A stretch of 32,000 bases of DNA. It comes from Candidatus Pacearchaeota archaeon (GTDB lineage: Archaea; Nanobdellota; Nanobdellia; Pacearchaeales; UBA284). Both the position numbers and the translations under genes were made by a program. Where the stretch lies: NCBI GenBank assembly GCA_026016245.1, contig CP061211.1, positions 630,001 through 662,000 of the forward strand, given 5' to 3'. This document shows, piece by piece, positions 1 through 8,181 of this stretch; position 1 is the first letter of the stretch, and each line of letters opens with the position of its first letter. The notes beneath the pieces were generated by a model. That model was not told the DNA's origin. It did no database searches and saw nothing but the letters and a program-made list of their open reading frames with translations.

Positions 1-40
1 AAGGTTTTTTTATTACTCCTTATGAATAAAAAGAGGTAAG

Positions 41-3031
41 ATGAAAAGAGCTATCTTAGTATTTGTTATAATTTTTCTTGCTTTTATTAGTCTGAATCTT
101 GTTAGTGCAGCAACAAATGTTAGTCAATGCATGAATCTAACAAATGAGTCAGAAATTTATACTTTAAATCAACCTATTAATATAACTGGGGGTGATTGCC
201 TTGTAATTAAAAATAATTCAATAGTGTTAGACTGTCAGGGACATAATATAACTGTTAATGGGGCAGACGACAAGGATTGGCGTGCTGTTGATAATGAGCA
301 GGGTTATGATAATATAACTGTTAAGAACTGTACATTTTCACAAAACTTCACAGGACCAACAGAAGAAGGAGAAGGACAATATGCAATTGGTTTTATAAAT
401 TCTATAAACTCAACGATTTTTAATAATACATTTGAAGTTTCTGGGATTTTCTTTGGGAATTCAAGTAATGCTAATATAACTTCAAATACTCTAAATTATT
501 CAGGTGGTTCAGCTCCAATTTCTTTGTTCTCTGGTTCAAATTCAAGTGTTGTGGAGAATAATAATATTACAACTACTGGCTTAGGAATTTTGGTCGAAGC
601 TTCATCAAGTATTAACATTAGTTCGAATACTATTACTTCTTCTGGTGAAAATCAGAGTGTAATTGGTATTGGTTCTTCATCAAACATTAGTGTTGATTTA
701 AATACTATAATAATTTCTGGTACTAATGCAACAGGGATTGTATTAGTTATGGCTACGACTGATACAAATATAACTACAAATAATATTACATCTTCTGGTA
801 TTGGAGCAGCTGGAATTGGTGTAGTCGATAACTCAGATTCAAATCTTTTATATAATAATACAATTACAACTTCTAATGATACTGCATTTGGGATTATGTT
901 GGACGGAGTAAGTAGCACTAATATTATAAATAATACTATAACTACCAGTCATACTTCTTCAGATGGAATACATAGCGAGGATTCTAATTCAACTATCATA
1001 TTTAATAATACAGTAAAAACCGAAGGTAATGAGTCAGACGGAGTTTTTATTTTCAATGGTTTATCTAATAGTATAACTAATAATACATTTAATACAACAG
1101 GATATGCTTTCGGTGTAGGGGGTCCAACCTGTGATTATTATAACCATACTGTAACAGATAATACAGAGCAAGGAGAAAAGATTTTATATTATTTTGATAA
1201 TGATTCAATAACAATAGAAGATCAAACCTTTGGGGAATTAATCGTAACTTGTTCTAATAATATAACAATAGACAACGTATCAGTCAATCATGATGGTATT
1301 GTTCTTGTTATTACAGAAAACTCTACTATTAATAATAGTAATTTCACTACTGCTGAACTTGGGATACACGGAGTGTTTTTTATTAATAGTTCTCATAATA
1401 ATGTAACAAATTGCAGAGTAAGAACTTTGGCAGATGGAGAAACATGTGTTATTGCTTTTCAATCCTCTGATTATAATCTTCTTTACAATAATGTTCTTAA
1501 TGTTTCAGCAGCATCAGTAAGTTCCTCTGGATTTTGTTGGCATCCTTCTTCACCTATGAATAATAATTGGAATACAACAGAGACAGTAGGAAAAAATATT
1601 ATAGGGGGTCCAAATTTGGGTGGAAACTTTTGGACAAATTCATTAGGCACAGGATTTAGTGATACATGTACTGATTCTGACGGCGATTATTTTTGCGATA
1701 CCGCTTTAAATCTTAAAGGTGGTCCTGGCAATGATACTAATAATATAGACTATCTCCCTCTTGCTAATCATACTAATGCAGTCTGGGAATGCAAGACATT
1801 AGATATTGAAGATGAAATTTATTTTTTAAATCAAAGTATTGAGGTCAATGGAAATTGCTTTAATATTACTGCAAATAATATTACTCTTATTTTCCTTAAA
1901 GGGAAAAATATAACAGGGGATACTACTGGATATGGCATTAATATTAGTGGTAATGATACAACAATAGAGCATGGAGTAATTTCTAATTTCTCAAATGGAA
2001 TTTATATTTATAACAGTTCAAATAATGCATTTACTGATATTCGTATAGATTGGGCTAAACAAGATGCGATTGTTTTAGAAGGAACGGAGTCAGATAATAA
2101 TAACTTTACAAGAATAAATGTAACAAACACAAATGCTTCTTATTATGATATTAATTTTAGCACAGAAGGTATTGATGGAACATGGATTGAAAACATTCTT
2201 TTTGCAAACTATACATTTACAGGAACAGGAGGGAAAGTTAATTTCAAAGAGCCAGATTTTGGAGAAATTAGGTTTTTACAGGCAATTAATGGCAATGGAA
2301 CTAGTCTTAGGAAGGATGTTGATATTGAAAATAAATGGGCATTTGTTAATTCTTCTAGTAATTCAGGATTAAATAAAAGTGCAAATATATCCTTTTATGA
2401 GGTATCTTTTACAGATCCCAAACCTCAATATAGTCTTGATGACAGTATATGGGTAAATTGCACTACAACTACAGATCCTGCTTGTACTGAATTCCCTTTC
2501 ACTAAGGGAGGTACTTTTACATTTAATGTATCTCACTTTACTTACTTTAGAATTATTGAGGCATATTCTGCTGAAGAAGATGGAAATGGCGGGGGTGTTA
2601 CAGGTGGCAGTTCTGGAATGAAAAGAATGAATATAGCAATACAAGGAAATTGCAAAAATCAGCCAATTATAATAAAAGCCACATTCCAGAATAAAGCTGT
2701 TGAAGGTGTGCATATTAAAGTTTATAGAAATGATGAATTACTTAAAACATTAGAAACAGATAGCGAAGGAAAAGCAAATATTATTTTAAATGAAACTGGT
2801 AATTATGAATTAAAATTTACAAAAACTAGATATTATTATGAAACAAGAACTTTAGTTGTTGTAGATTGTGGAGAAGCTGAAGAAGAGGAAGAAGTACCTG
2901 ATGAAGAAAAACCAGAAGAAGAAATGCCCCCTAAACCAAGTTTCTGGCAGAGCTATTGGTGGCTTATCTTGGTAATTGTTGGGGTGATTATTGTAGCAGT
3001 TGTTTATTTGATAATACATAAAAAGAAATAA
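41..3031 (+). CDS. Secreted cell-surface protein with two parallel beta-helix (PbH1/NosD-like) repeat modules, a CarboxypepD_reg-like Ig domain, an acidic linker and a C-terminal TM anchor
   Basis: Sec-type signal MKRAILVFVIIFLAFISLNLVSA. Dozens of short N-N-x-I-T-x-S-G type repeats typical of right-handed beta-helices. NxS/T sequons are very dense. Near the C-terminus: IKVYRNDELLKTLETDSEGKANIILNETGNYELKF, then EEEEEVPDEEKPEEE, then WWLILVIVGVIIVAVVYLII-HKKK. Confidence 0.75.
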   Translation: MKRAILVFVIIFLAFISLNLVSAATNVSQCMNLTNESEIYTLNQPINITGGDCLVIKNNSIVLDCQGHNITVNGADDKDWRAVDNEQGYDNITVKNCTFSQNFTGPTEEGEGQYAIGFINSINSTIFNNTFEVSGIFFGNSSNANITSNTLNYSGGSAPISLFSGSNSSVVENNNITTTGLGILVEASSSINISSNTITSSGENQSVIGIGSSSNISVDLNTIIISGTNATGIVLVMATTDTNITTNNITSSGIGAAGIGVVDNSDSNLLYNNTITTSNDTAFGIMLDGVSSTNIINNTITTSHTSSDGIHSEDSNSTIIFNNTVKTEGNESDGVFIFNGLSNSITNNTFNTTGYAFGVGGPTCDYYNHTVTDNTEQGEKILYYFDNDSITIEDQTFGELIVTCSNNITIDNVSVNHDGIVLVITENSTINNSNFTTAELGIHGVFFINSSHNNVTNCRVRTLADGETCVIAFQSSDYNLLYNNVLNVSAASVSSSGFCWHPSSPMNNNWNTTETVGKNIIGGPNLGGNFWTNSLGTGFSDTCTDSDGDYFCDTALNLKGGPGNDTNNIDYLPLANHTNAVWECKTLDIEDEIYFLNQSIEVNGNCFNITANNITLIFLKGKNITGDTTGYGINISGNDTTIEHGVISNFSNGIYIYNSSNNAFTDIRIDWAKQDAIVLEGTESDNNNFTRINVTNTNASYYDINFSTEGIDGTWIENILFANYTFTGTGGKVNFKEPDFGEIRFLQAINGNGTSLRKDVDIENKWAFVNSSSNSGLNKSANISFYEVSFTDPKPQYSLDDSIWVNCTTTTDPACTEFPFTKGGTFTFNVSHFTYFRIIEAYSAEEDGNGGGVTGGSSGMKRMNIAIQGNCKNQPIIIKATFQNKAVEGVHIKVYRNDELLKTLETDSEGKANIILNETGNYELKFTKTRYYYETRTLVVVDCGEAEEEEEVPDEEKPEEEMPPKPSFWQSYWWLILVIVGVIIVAVVYLIIHKKK

Positions 3032-3051
3032 TTTTCCTTTTTTATTTTTTT
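3032..3051 (+). terminator. Oligo-T tract directly after the surface-protein stop codon (archaeal-type terminator candidate)
   Basis: TTTTCCTTTTTTATTTTTTT starts 1 nt after the TAA at 3029-3031. Confidence 0.35.
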
Positions 3052-3083
3052 AATTTTAATAGTTTTCTTTATAAATTAAGAAA

Positions 3084-3165
3084 CGCCCGGACCAGGATTC
3101 GAACCTGGATATCCTTGCGGAAACCAGCTCTCAAGGCTGGCGCCTTACCATTGGGCCATCCGGGC
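3084..3165 (-). tRNA. tRNA-Ser (anticodon UGA), class II with long variable arm, no encoded CCA, no intron
   Basis: The reverse complement folds by hand into a cloverleaf: acceptor GCCCGGA/TCCGGGC, 3-bp D stem GCC/GGC, anticodon stem CCAGC/GCTGG with loop CTTGAGA (anticodon TGA), variable arm TCC-GCAA-GGA, T arm CCAGG-TTCGAAT-CCTGG, discriminator G. Confidence 0.92.
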
Positions 3166-3189
3166 TTAAAAGAATAGAAGAAAAGAAAC

Positions 3190-3197
3190 TTATAAAA
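3190..3197 (-). promoter_or_regulatory. TATA box candidate for the tRNA-Ser gene
   Basis: On the minus strand, TTTTATAA ends 24 nt upstream of tRNA position 1. Confidence 0.4.
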
Positions 3198-3220
3198 TTA
3201 ACTTTTAATTATCTAGGAAA

Positions 3221-3958
3221 TTATTCAAGAGGCTTACTACTCATGGTTTCGATTAAAGCGAGAACAAATCTCTCACTAGTTTCTAGGGTTTCACAGTCAG
3301 CTATCTCTAAAATATAGCAATAATCTTCTTGATGAATATAACTTTCATCTGTATCTGATTCTTTAAACAGGATGACGGTTGTTCCTTGCTCTGCATGCGA
3401 ACAATTTTTTATTTCATGAGTCACATTTTCATAAGTTTCTGATATATTACCTGCTAGATTATTTGCGAAAACTCCTTGTTTTTTTAATCCTAGTGCATCA
3501 ATGAAGTCACCAACACGCCATGCAGCCAAGACAATAGAATCTGTGCATTGTAAAGGCTCTGCTTCAAATGATATATAGACCATTCTTTGAGGCTTGGTTT
3601 TTACATCTGCTTGTATTTTTTCTAGTTTTCTTGGGTCATTTCTCAGGTTTAAAATATAGAAAAAAGTTTTATTTTCTACTGGGCGATAGATAGCTATTTC
3701 TGTTGAATAAATCATTAATCCCTTATGATCTGTTTTATGCCAGGTCATTCCTTTCCACTCAAAAACATTTCCTACAAGTCTGCCCCACTCAGCTGAAATT
3801 TCTTCTCTAAAAATAACATAGAACAAAGCCAGGGCCATTAATAATATAATTATTACAAGAGTCCAGATAATTCTTTTTGTGTTAATTCTCCTGGCTGTCT
3901 TGACTTCTTTTCCCCTATCTTTATCTTCTTTTTTAGGTTTTTTTTGTTTTCTTGCCAT
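3221..3958 (-). CDS. Membrane-anchored extracytoplasmic protein, unknown family (tandem paralog of 3966..4598)
   Basis: The track ORF 3221..3964 starts at a TTG; the first ATG is at 3958 (MARKQKK...). Basic N-terminus, one TM helix (IIWTLVIIILLMALALFYVIF). The C-terminal part aligns by eye with the neighbouring protein (IKNCSHAEQGTTVILFKE...CYILE versus IKSCDDATLEITIVEIKE...CLIIE). Confidence 0.6.
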   Translation of the reverse strand: MARKQKKPKKEDKDRGKEVKTARRINTKRIIWTLVIIILLMALALFYVIFREEISAEWGRLVGNVFEWKGMTWHKTDHKGLMIYSTEIAIYRPVENKTFFYILNLRNDPRKLEKIQADVKTKPQRMVYISFEAEPLQCTDSIVLAAWRVGDFIDALGLKKQGVFANNLAGNISETYENVTHEIKNCSHAEQGTTVILFKESDTDESYIHQEDYCYILEIADCETLETSERFVLALIETMSSKPLE

Positions 3959-3965
3959 TTTCAAT

Positions 3966-4598
3966 TTATTTTTCCATTATTCCAAAGATAATGAAGACGG
4001 ATTTTTCAGTAGCTCTTACAAGATCTGTTCCTTTTCCTTCTATAATAAGACAATTGTTTTTATAATTAACTATAGGTTCGTTTTCAGTTTCTTTTATTTC
4101 CACTATTGTTATTTCAAGAGTAGCATCATCACAGCTTTTAATTGGCAGCTCGTTCTCTAGACAAAATTCTGTCTCAGACTCTTCTTCAGAACAAGCTAGC
4201 TGCATTCTAAACACAATTTTATTAAGATTTGAATAAAGGCTGATTGCTGCCTGCCTCTCACTTAGGTTATTTGCTATAATGTAGACTGTTTTTCCTTTGA
4301 AAGCATTAAGTAAGGGTGTTCCTTGTATTGTGATATTTTCTAGCTCTTGTGGAAGGAAAGCAGTTGTTATTGTATAAGATTTGCTTTCTATACTTATTTG
4401 TGTTTTCCATCCTTCTGGCGTATCTATGAAAACATAGCTATTGTATGTTTCTTGCCCTTGTTGTTCTGGTTTTGTGCCTGATAGAAAAGCATAACCCACT
4501 ACACTAAAGACCATTAAAAAAACAATAAATAAGCCTATGATAAGCTGGCTTCTCTTTTTCTTGGCTTCTTTTCCTGCCTTTGATTTAAGTGGCTGCAT
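3966..4598 (-). CDS. Membrane-anchored extracytoplasmic protein, unknown family (tandem paralog of 3221..3958)
   Basis: Basic N-terminus and one TM helix (LIIGLFIVFLMVFSVVGYAFL). TTTATAAA lies 21 nt upstream of the ATG, which suggests a leaderless mRNA. The stop is 7 nt from the next ATG. Confidence 0.6.
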   Translation of the reverse strand: MQPLKSKAGKEAKKKRSQLIIGLFIVFLMVFSVVGYAFLSGTKPEQQGQETYNSYVFIDTPEGWKTQISIESKSYTITTAFLPQELENITIQGTPLLNAFKGKTVYIIANNLSERQAAISLYSNLNKIVFRMQLACSEEESETEFCLENELPIKSCDDATLEITIVEIKETENEPIVNYKNNCLIIEGKGTDLVRATEKSVFIIFGIMEK

Positions 4599-4721
4599 TA
4601 ATAGAGAATAGAAAAGTTATTTATAAATTTTTTTAATCAAGATATTTGACAGCCTGACAGCAAGAATGAATGGGATATATTTCTTAATTATAATCAAAAA
4701 ATCAAGAATCAAGAAAGAATT

Positions 4722-5135
4722 TTATTTTAATCTTTTTCTTAAAATGAATTTCAATTTGTTAATTATTAAATCCAATTTTTCTTTTTTATTTTCTAGATAT
4801 GGGCTTTTAATTGGCCTGCCTTCATAGGAGCTTTTATTTCTTTTTGTTCTTAAATCTTGAATTGTCATTACTTCATCTTGAGAAAATTCTTTATAATTTG
4901 ATAAATAATCGATTGTTTCTTTATGCGCATACTCTCCAATAGCTTTAAAACCATCAGAGAGTAAAAGAGCAGTTATTAGCTCTCTTATTACTTCATAATA
5001 TTCTCTAACGATTATGCTTTGGTCTTCCATCTTACCTAATTTTTTAATAATTTCTTTAAGCATATTTTCTATATTTTCTGCCATTTTAAGTATAGATTTT
5101 GCTTTTTCTCTATCTAGAGTTATTTTAATTATCAT
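4722..5135 (-). CDS. HEPN-domain protein, partner of the upstream MNT; the Rx4-6H His is replaced by Glu
   Basis: 137-aa helical protein 1 nt downstream of an MNT gene. The motif region DLRTKRNKSSYEG aligns with SSRENADYHYV of the second HEPN (9720..10142) but has E where H is expected. Confidence 0.55.
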   Translation of the reverse strand: MIIKITLDREKAKSILKMAENIENMLKEIIKKLGKMEDQSIIVREYYEVIRELITALLLSDGFKAIGEYAHKETIDYLSNYKEFSQDEVMTIQDLRTKRNKSSYEGRPIKSPYLENKKEKLDLIINKLKFILRKRLK

Positions 5136-5136
5136 C

Positions 5137-5661
5137 TTAAAAAACCTTGAAATACCCCTTTAAAACAATTCCATTACAAAGATTGTTTTTTAAATTTTTA
5201 GGGATTTTTTTTACTTCTTTTTCAAACATTAAATGTATCCTTGCATTTAATTTTTCCTCAAATTTGTTACAATTAATTTCTTTTTCTTTCCCTATAATAA
5301 ATAAATCTATATCTGAGTATTCAATGAATTCACCCTTAGCATAGCTTCCATATAAAATTATTGCTTCAGGGGCAAGTTCTTCCCATAAATAATCAATTAA
5401 ACCAGAGCTATGCAATTCATACAAAACAGCAAGCTTTCTATAAAAGACAAAATTTTCATTATCCATGATTGCTTGATAGTAAGGGATATTTCTTTTCTTG
5501 AATCTCCTAATAAGCTCTTTTTTTTCAAATTCTCTAAGGTAATTCATAACAGAAGGCGGGGAAATTTTACTTAATCTGCTTAGTTCCCTGAGTCTAAAGC
5601 TATCGCTTGGACTAAATAAAAAAATTTTCAGTAATTTGTATTTGTTATATTTTTCTAACAT
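5137..5661 (-). CDS. wHTH-fused minimal nucleotidyltransferase (MNT), antitoxin-type partner of HEPN
   Basis: N-terminal wHTH-like segment LRELSRLSKISPPSVMNYLREFEKKELI. Nucleotidyltransferase signature GSYAKGEFIEYSDIDLFII (G-S ... D-x-D). Confidence 0.8.
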   Translation of the reverse strand: MLEKYNKYKLLKIFLFSPSDSFRLRELSRLSKISPPSVMNYLREFEKKELIRRFKKRNIPYYQAIMDNENFVFYRKLAVLYELHSSGLIDYLWEELAPEAIILYGSYAKGEFIEYSDIDLFIIGKEKEINCNKFEEKLNARIHLMFEKEVKKIPKNLKNNLCNGIVLKGYFKVF

Positions 5662-5700
5662 TTGTTATATTATTATTACATTTGTTATAATATAATAACA
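5641..5700. promoter_or_regulatory. Candidate operator: three direct TTTGTTATA repeats spaced exactly 20 bp, spanning the MNT start codon
   Basis: TTTGTTATA(T/A) starts at 5641, 5661 and 5681. Copies 2 and 3 share ACATTTGTTATA. The MNT ATG is the complement of 5659-5661. A partial inverted copy is at 5691-5700. Confidence 0.45.
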
Positions 5701-5746
5701 TTACTTTTTAAATCTTTTGTTTCAAGATTAAAAACAAAAAATAATC

Positions 5747-5763
5747 AAAAAAAAGAAAAAAAA
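5747..5763 (-). terminator. Oligo-T terminator candidate downstream of the S-layer gene
   Basis: The minus strand reads T8-C-T8 about 20 nt after the stop codon at 5785-5787. Confidence 0.45.
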
Positions 5764-5784
5764 TGAAACTAAGTTTTTTCTGAC

Positions 5785-8181
5785 TTAAGCTATTACAGTG
5801 ACTGTTGTTGTGGCAGTATCTAGCAAGATCTTGTCTCCGCTTATAACTGGAGTGCTTTCTCTTAGGACTTTAGCTGCTCTTGCAGTATCCAAGTCCTCGT
5901 AACCTGCAACTATCATAGCGTATTTGCCTTCTGCGTAAGGACTTGCCATGACATAAATCATAGCCTTACCCAAAGCATCAACGCCTGTAGCATCTATCCA
6001 AGCTTGTTCAGTACCATATGTAGGATAGTCCAAACCAAGTACATCAGCTGTTGCGCTGTTGATACCTGAACCACCTGCAAAGATTAAGTTCATGTCCTGG
6101 ACAGTTGCTAGCTCATCATCATAAGCTCCAATAGCTGCCCCACCAGCATATCCTGGTGTAAGCTCTGGGATTGTTGCAAGTAACTCTGAAACATAGACTT
6201 TGTGGATAGCTTCCTCTTCTGGATATGTCCAAGTAAGATCATCGTCATCATCTGTATTGAATCTGAAGAGTGCTCCAAAATCTATAGCATCAATAGCTAC
6301 GTCATAGTCAGAGTCTTTTTCTTCAGCATCCCATGCTAGAGCGCTTGTTGAGTCTGGAACAATTATCATGTCACCAGTACCATCATCTTCAAGTGTCCAT
6401 GCTTCTGCACCAATCAAATCAGTGCCATCGTCAGTAAATAGCTGGGCATTTGCATTTGTGGTATCAAACTGAAGGTCTATCTCGCCTGCTAATGATGTCA
6501 AAAAGTCTCCTGCCTCACAAGCTGTGCCACAAGTATTGATGATAGTTGCAGTAGTTGTGTTAGTTGCATTAACAACCTCAAGTGTTATTGTAGCGAAACC
6601 TAGAACAATAGGATTAGAATAATCTCTATCATTCCAAGATGTTGAGCCTGGAGATATTTCTTTCAAGTCCAGTGTCTCGTCGGCAATGTCAATATCATCT
6701 ATCTCCAAGATTCTTGCCTCACCACCTGTTCCAACAACAAGCAAGTAAATGCCTTCACATTCAGTAACTGAAGCACCGCCAGTACATCCATCGCCATCAG
6801 CGATAAGCAAATTACCGCCTGGTCCAGCTGCTGGTCCATTTCCATCTTGAGTTACATTGATAGCTGCTCCAATGTCTGTAGCAAGATCATCTCCCGGATA
6901 TGTTTCATTAGATGTATCATCCAAGATGAACGGAATTTCAAGAACATCACCTGCGACATTTGTGAACTCAAGTATACCATCATCTCCACTTGTTGTCAAG
7001 CTAAATGACTCTGTGTCAGACAACAATCCTTGGTAAGTGAATTTGAACCTACCTAAAATAGGATCTGTCCAAGATTCTCCTGTAGCCAAGAATATGTCAT
7101 CATCAGGTGTAAGTTCTAAGTTGATTTCAGCAAGCTCTTCATGTGCAGCGCCTGCCTGCAATTCAACGTCTGAGCCATCTATTGGTTCGCCATTGATTTC
7201 AATTTCATTTCCTTGTTCAAAGTCCATTTTTTCAGCTCCAAGATAAAATGTTACCAAGTCATTACCAACAGCTTGCTCGCCACTCATCTCAGCTCCTTCA
7301 TTAGGCACAACATCTAAGACACCTACTCTTGTATCATCTTCAAGAGTATAGGTATCACTTTCAACCATTTTATCAGTCTCTTCGCCATTTATTACTAAAA
7401 TAACAGATGCTCCTACGTCTGAGATAATCTTTACTTCTACTTCATAGGTTTTTCCACCCATGGTATAGGTTTCAGTGCTGTACTCCCATTGAGAAGCTTT
7501 CAATGCTCCACCCATTATTGTCAATGAATCTATTTCCATGACGCCACCACCGATATCTTCTGCAGTCGCATCTACGATGAAGTATTCTCTTCCAAGCATT
7601 TTTAACTTGGTTAGTTCGAAATCTTCATCTATAGTGCCTGTATCAGTTGAGTCAAATTCTACAGGGTTGTCAAATACTAATCTATAGTTATATGCTACTA
7701 CAGCATCATCAAAATATAGATAAGTATTGACTGGTCTATTAGATGTTTCTCTATTTCGCAAGAAATCCATTGTTCCTGTGCTATTAGTAAATTCAATGAA
7801 TTGTTCATAGCTAACATCATTATCTGTATTACCTCTTGATTCCCGATATCTTCCATCTGCTAACAGGACATCAAGGTCCCTAGCTTCAAGAGTATCTTCT
7901 ACATCAAACAAATCCTCGCCGTAGTTTAGGTCATTTCCTGGAGCAGCGATTAGATGAGCTTCTCCTGTTGGAGCTGCTCCGCCGTCTCCAGCAAAACCTA
8001 GAGCTGCTGTTAAGTCTACCACAGCCAAAGCATCAGCATTTCTGTGGAAAACTATAGCAGTATCAGTTCCTGGGAAATTGTTTCTCCAAGTTGCTAGATC
8101 TTGAGCCATTGCGAATCCAACGCTTGTTAGTCCTAGCATACATGCCACTGCTAAAGGTGCAATTTTCTTTAACAGTTTCAT
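5785..8181 (-). CDS. S-layer-like major surface protein (acidic, Lys-poor, Thr/Asp/Gly/Ala-rich)
   Basis: Sec signal MKLLKKIAPLAVACMLGLTSVGFAMA-Q. No TM anchor. The terminal segments resemble the archaeal S-layer protein family (for example MIVAGYEDLDTARAAKVL near the C-terminus); this is recognition from memory. The track start at 8208 is a GTG, so the ATG at 8181 is preferred. AAGGAGGT lies upstream, but 15 nt from that ATG. Confidence 0.65.
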   Translation of the reverse strand: MKLLKKIAPLAVACMLGLTSVGFAMAQDLATWRNNFPGTDTAIVFHRNADALAVVDLTAALGFAGDGGAAPTGEAHLIAAPGNDLNYGEDLFDVEDTLEARDLDVLLADGRYRESRGNTDNDVSYEQFIEFTNSTGTMDFLRNRETSNRPVNTYLYFDDAVVAYNYRLVFDNPVEFDSTDTGTIDEDFELTKLKMLGREYFIVDATAEDIGGGVMEIDSLTIMGGALKASQWEYSTETYTMGGKTYEVEVKIISDVGASVILVINGEETDKMVESDTYTLEDDTRVGVLDVVPNEGAEMSGEQAVGNDLVTFYLGAEKMDFEQGNEIEINGEPIDGSDVELQAGAAHEELAEINLELTPDDDIFLATGESWTDPILGRFKFTYQGLLSDTESFSLTTSGDDGILEFTNVAGDVLEIPFILDDTSNETYPGDDLATDIGAAINVTQDGNGPAAGPGGNLLIADGDGCTGGASVTECEGIYLLVVGTGGEARILEIDDIDIADETLDLKEISPGSTSWNDRDYSNPIVLGFATITLEVVNATNTTTATIINTCGTACEAGDFLTSLAGEIDLQFDTTNANAQLFTDDGTDLIGAEAWTLEDDGTGDMIIVPDSTSALAWDAEEKDSDYDVAIDAIDFGALFRFNTDDDDDLTWTYPEEEAIHKVYVSELLATIPELTPGYAGGAAIGAYDDELATVQDMNLIFAGGSGINSATADVLGLDYPTYGTEQAWIDATGVDALGKAMIYVMASPYAEGKYAMIVAGYEDLDTARAAKVLRESTPVISGDKILLDTATTTVTVIA

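Noticed and set aside
652-2713. Track ORFs 652..918(-), 1280..1462(-), 2133..2372(+) and 2369..2713(-)
   Set aside because: They lie entirely inside or antisense to the 996-aa surface-protein gene. Their translations are low-complexity with no motifs, so they are shadow ORFs of an AT-rich sequence.
2930-3031. PGF-CTERM/archaeosortase sorting signal at the C-terminus of the 996-aa protein
   Set aside because: The sequence is PKPSFWQSYWW-TM-HKKK, with no PGF/PEF tripeptide. It is better described as a plain TM anchor.
3966-4598. Class III (pilin-like) signal in MQPLKSKAGKEAKKKRSQLIIGLFIVF
   Set aside because: The residue before Q is Ser rather than Gly/Ala. The protein is a paralog of a neighbour with an ordinary signal anchor.
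4686-5765. Shared ATAATCAAAAAA on both sides of HEPN/MNT pair 1, as possible cassette repeats like those of pair 2
   Set aside because: It is only 12 bp of A-rich low complexity in an AT-rich genome, so it is not distinguishable from chance.
5785-8181. S-layer gene as a G+C compositional outlier (possible horizontal transfer)
   Set aside because: Hand counts of sample lines give about 43% G+C, the same as lines in psmA and rrp42. The contrast is with AT-rich accessory genes, not with core genes.
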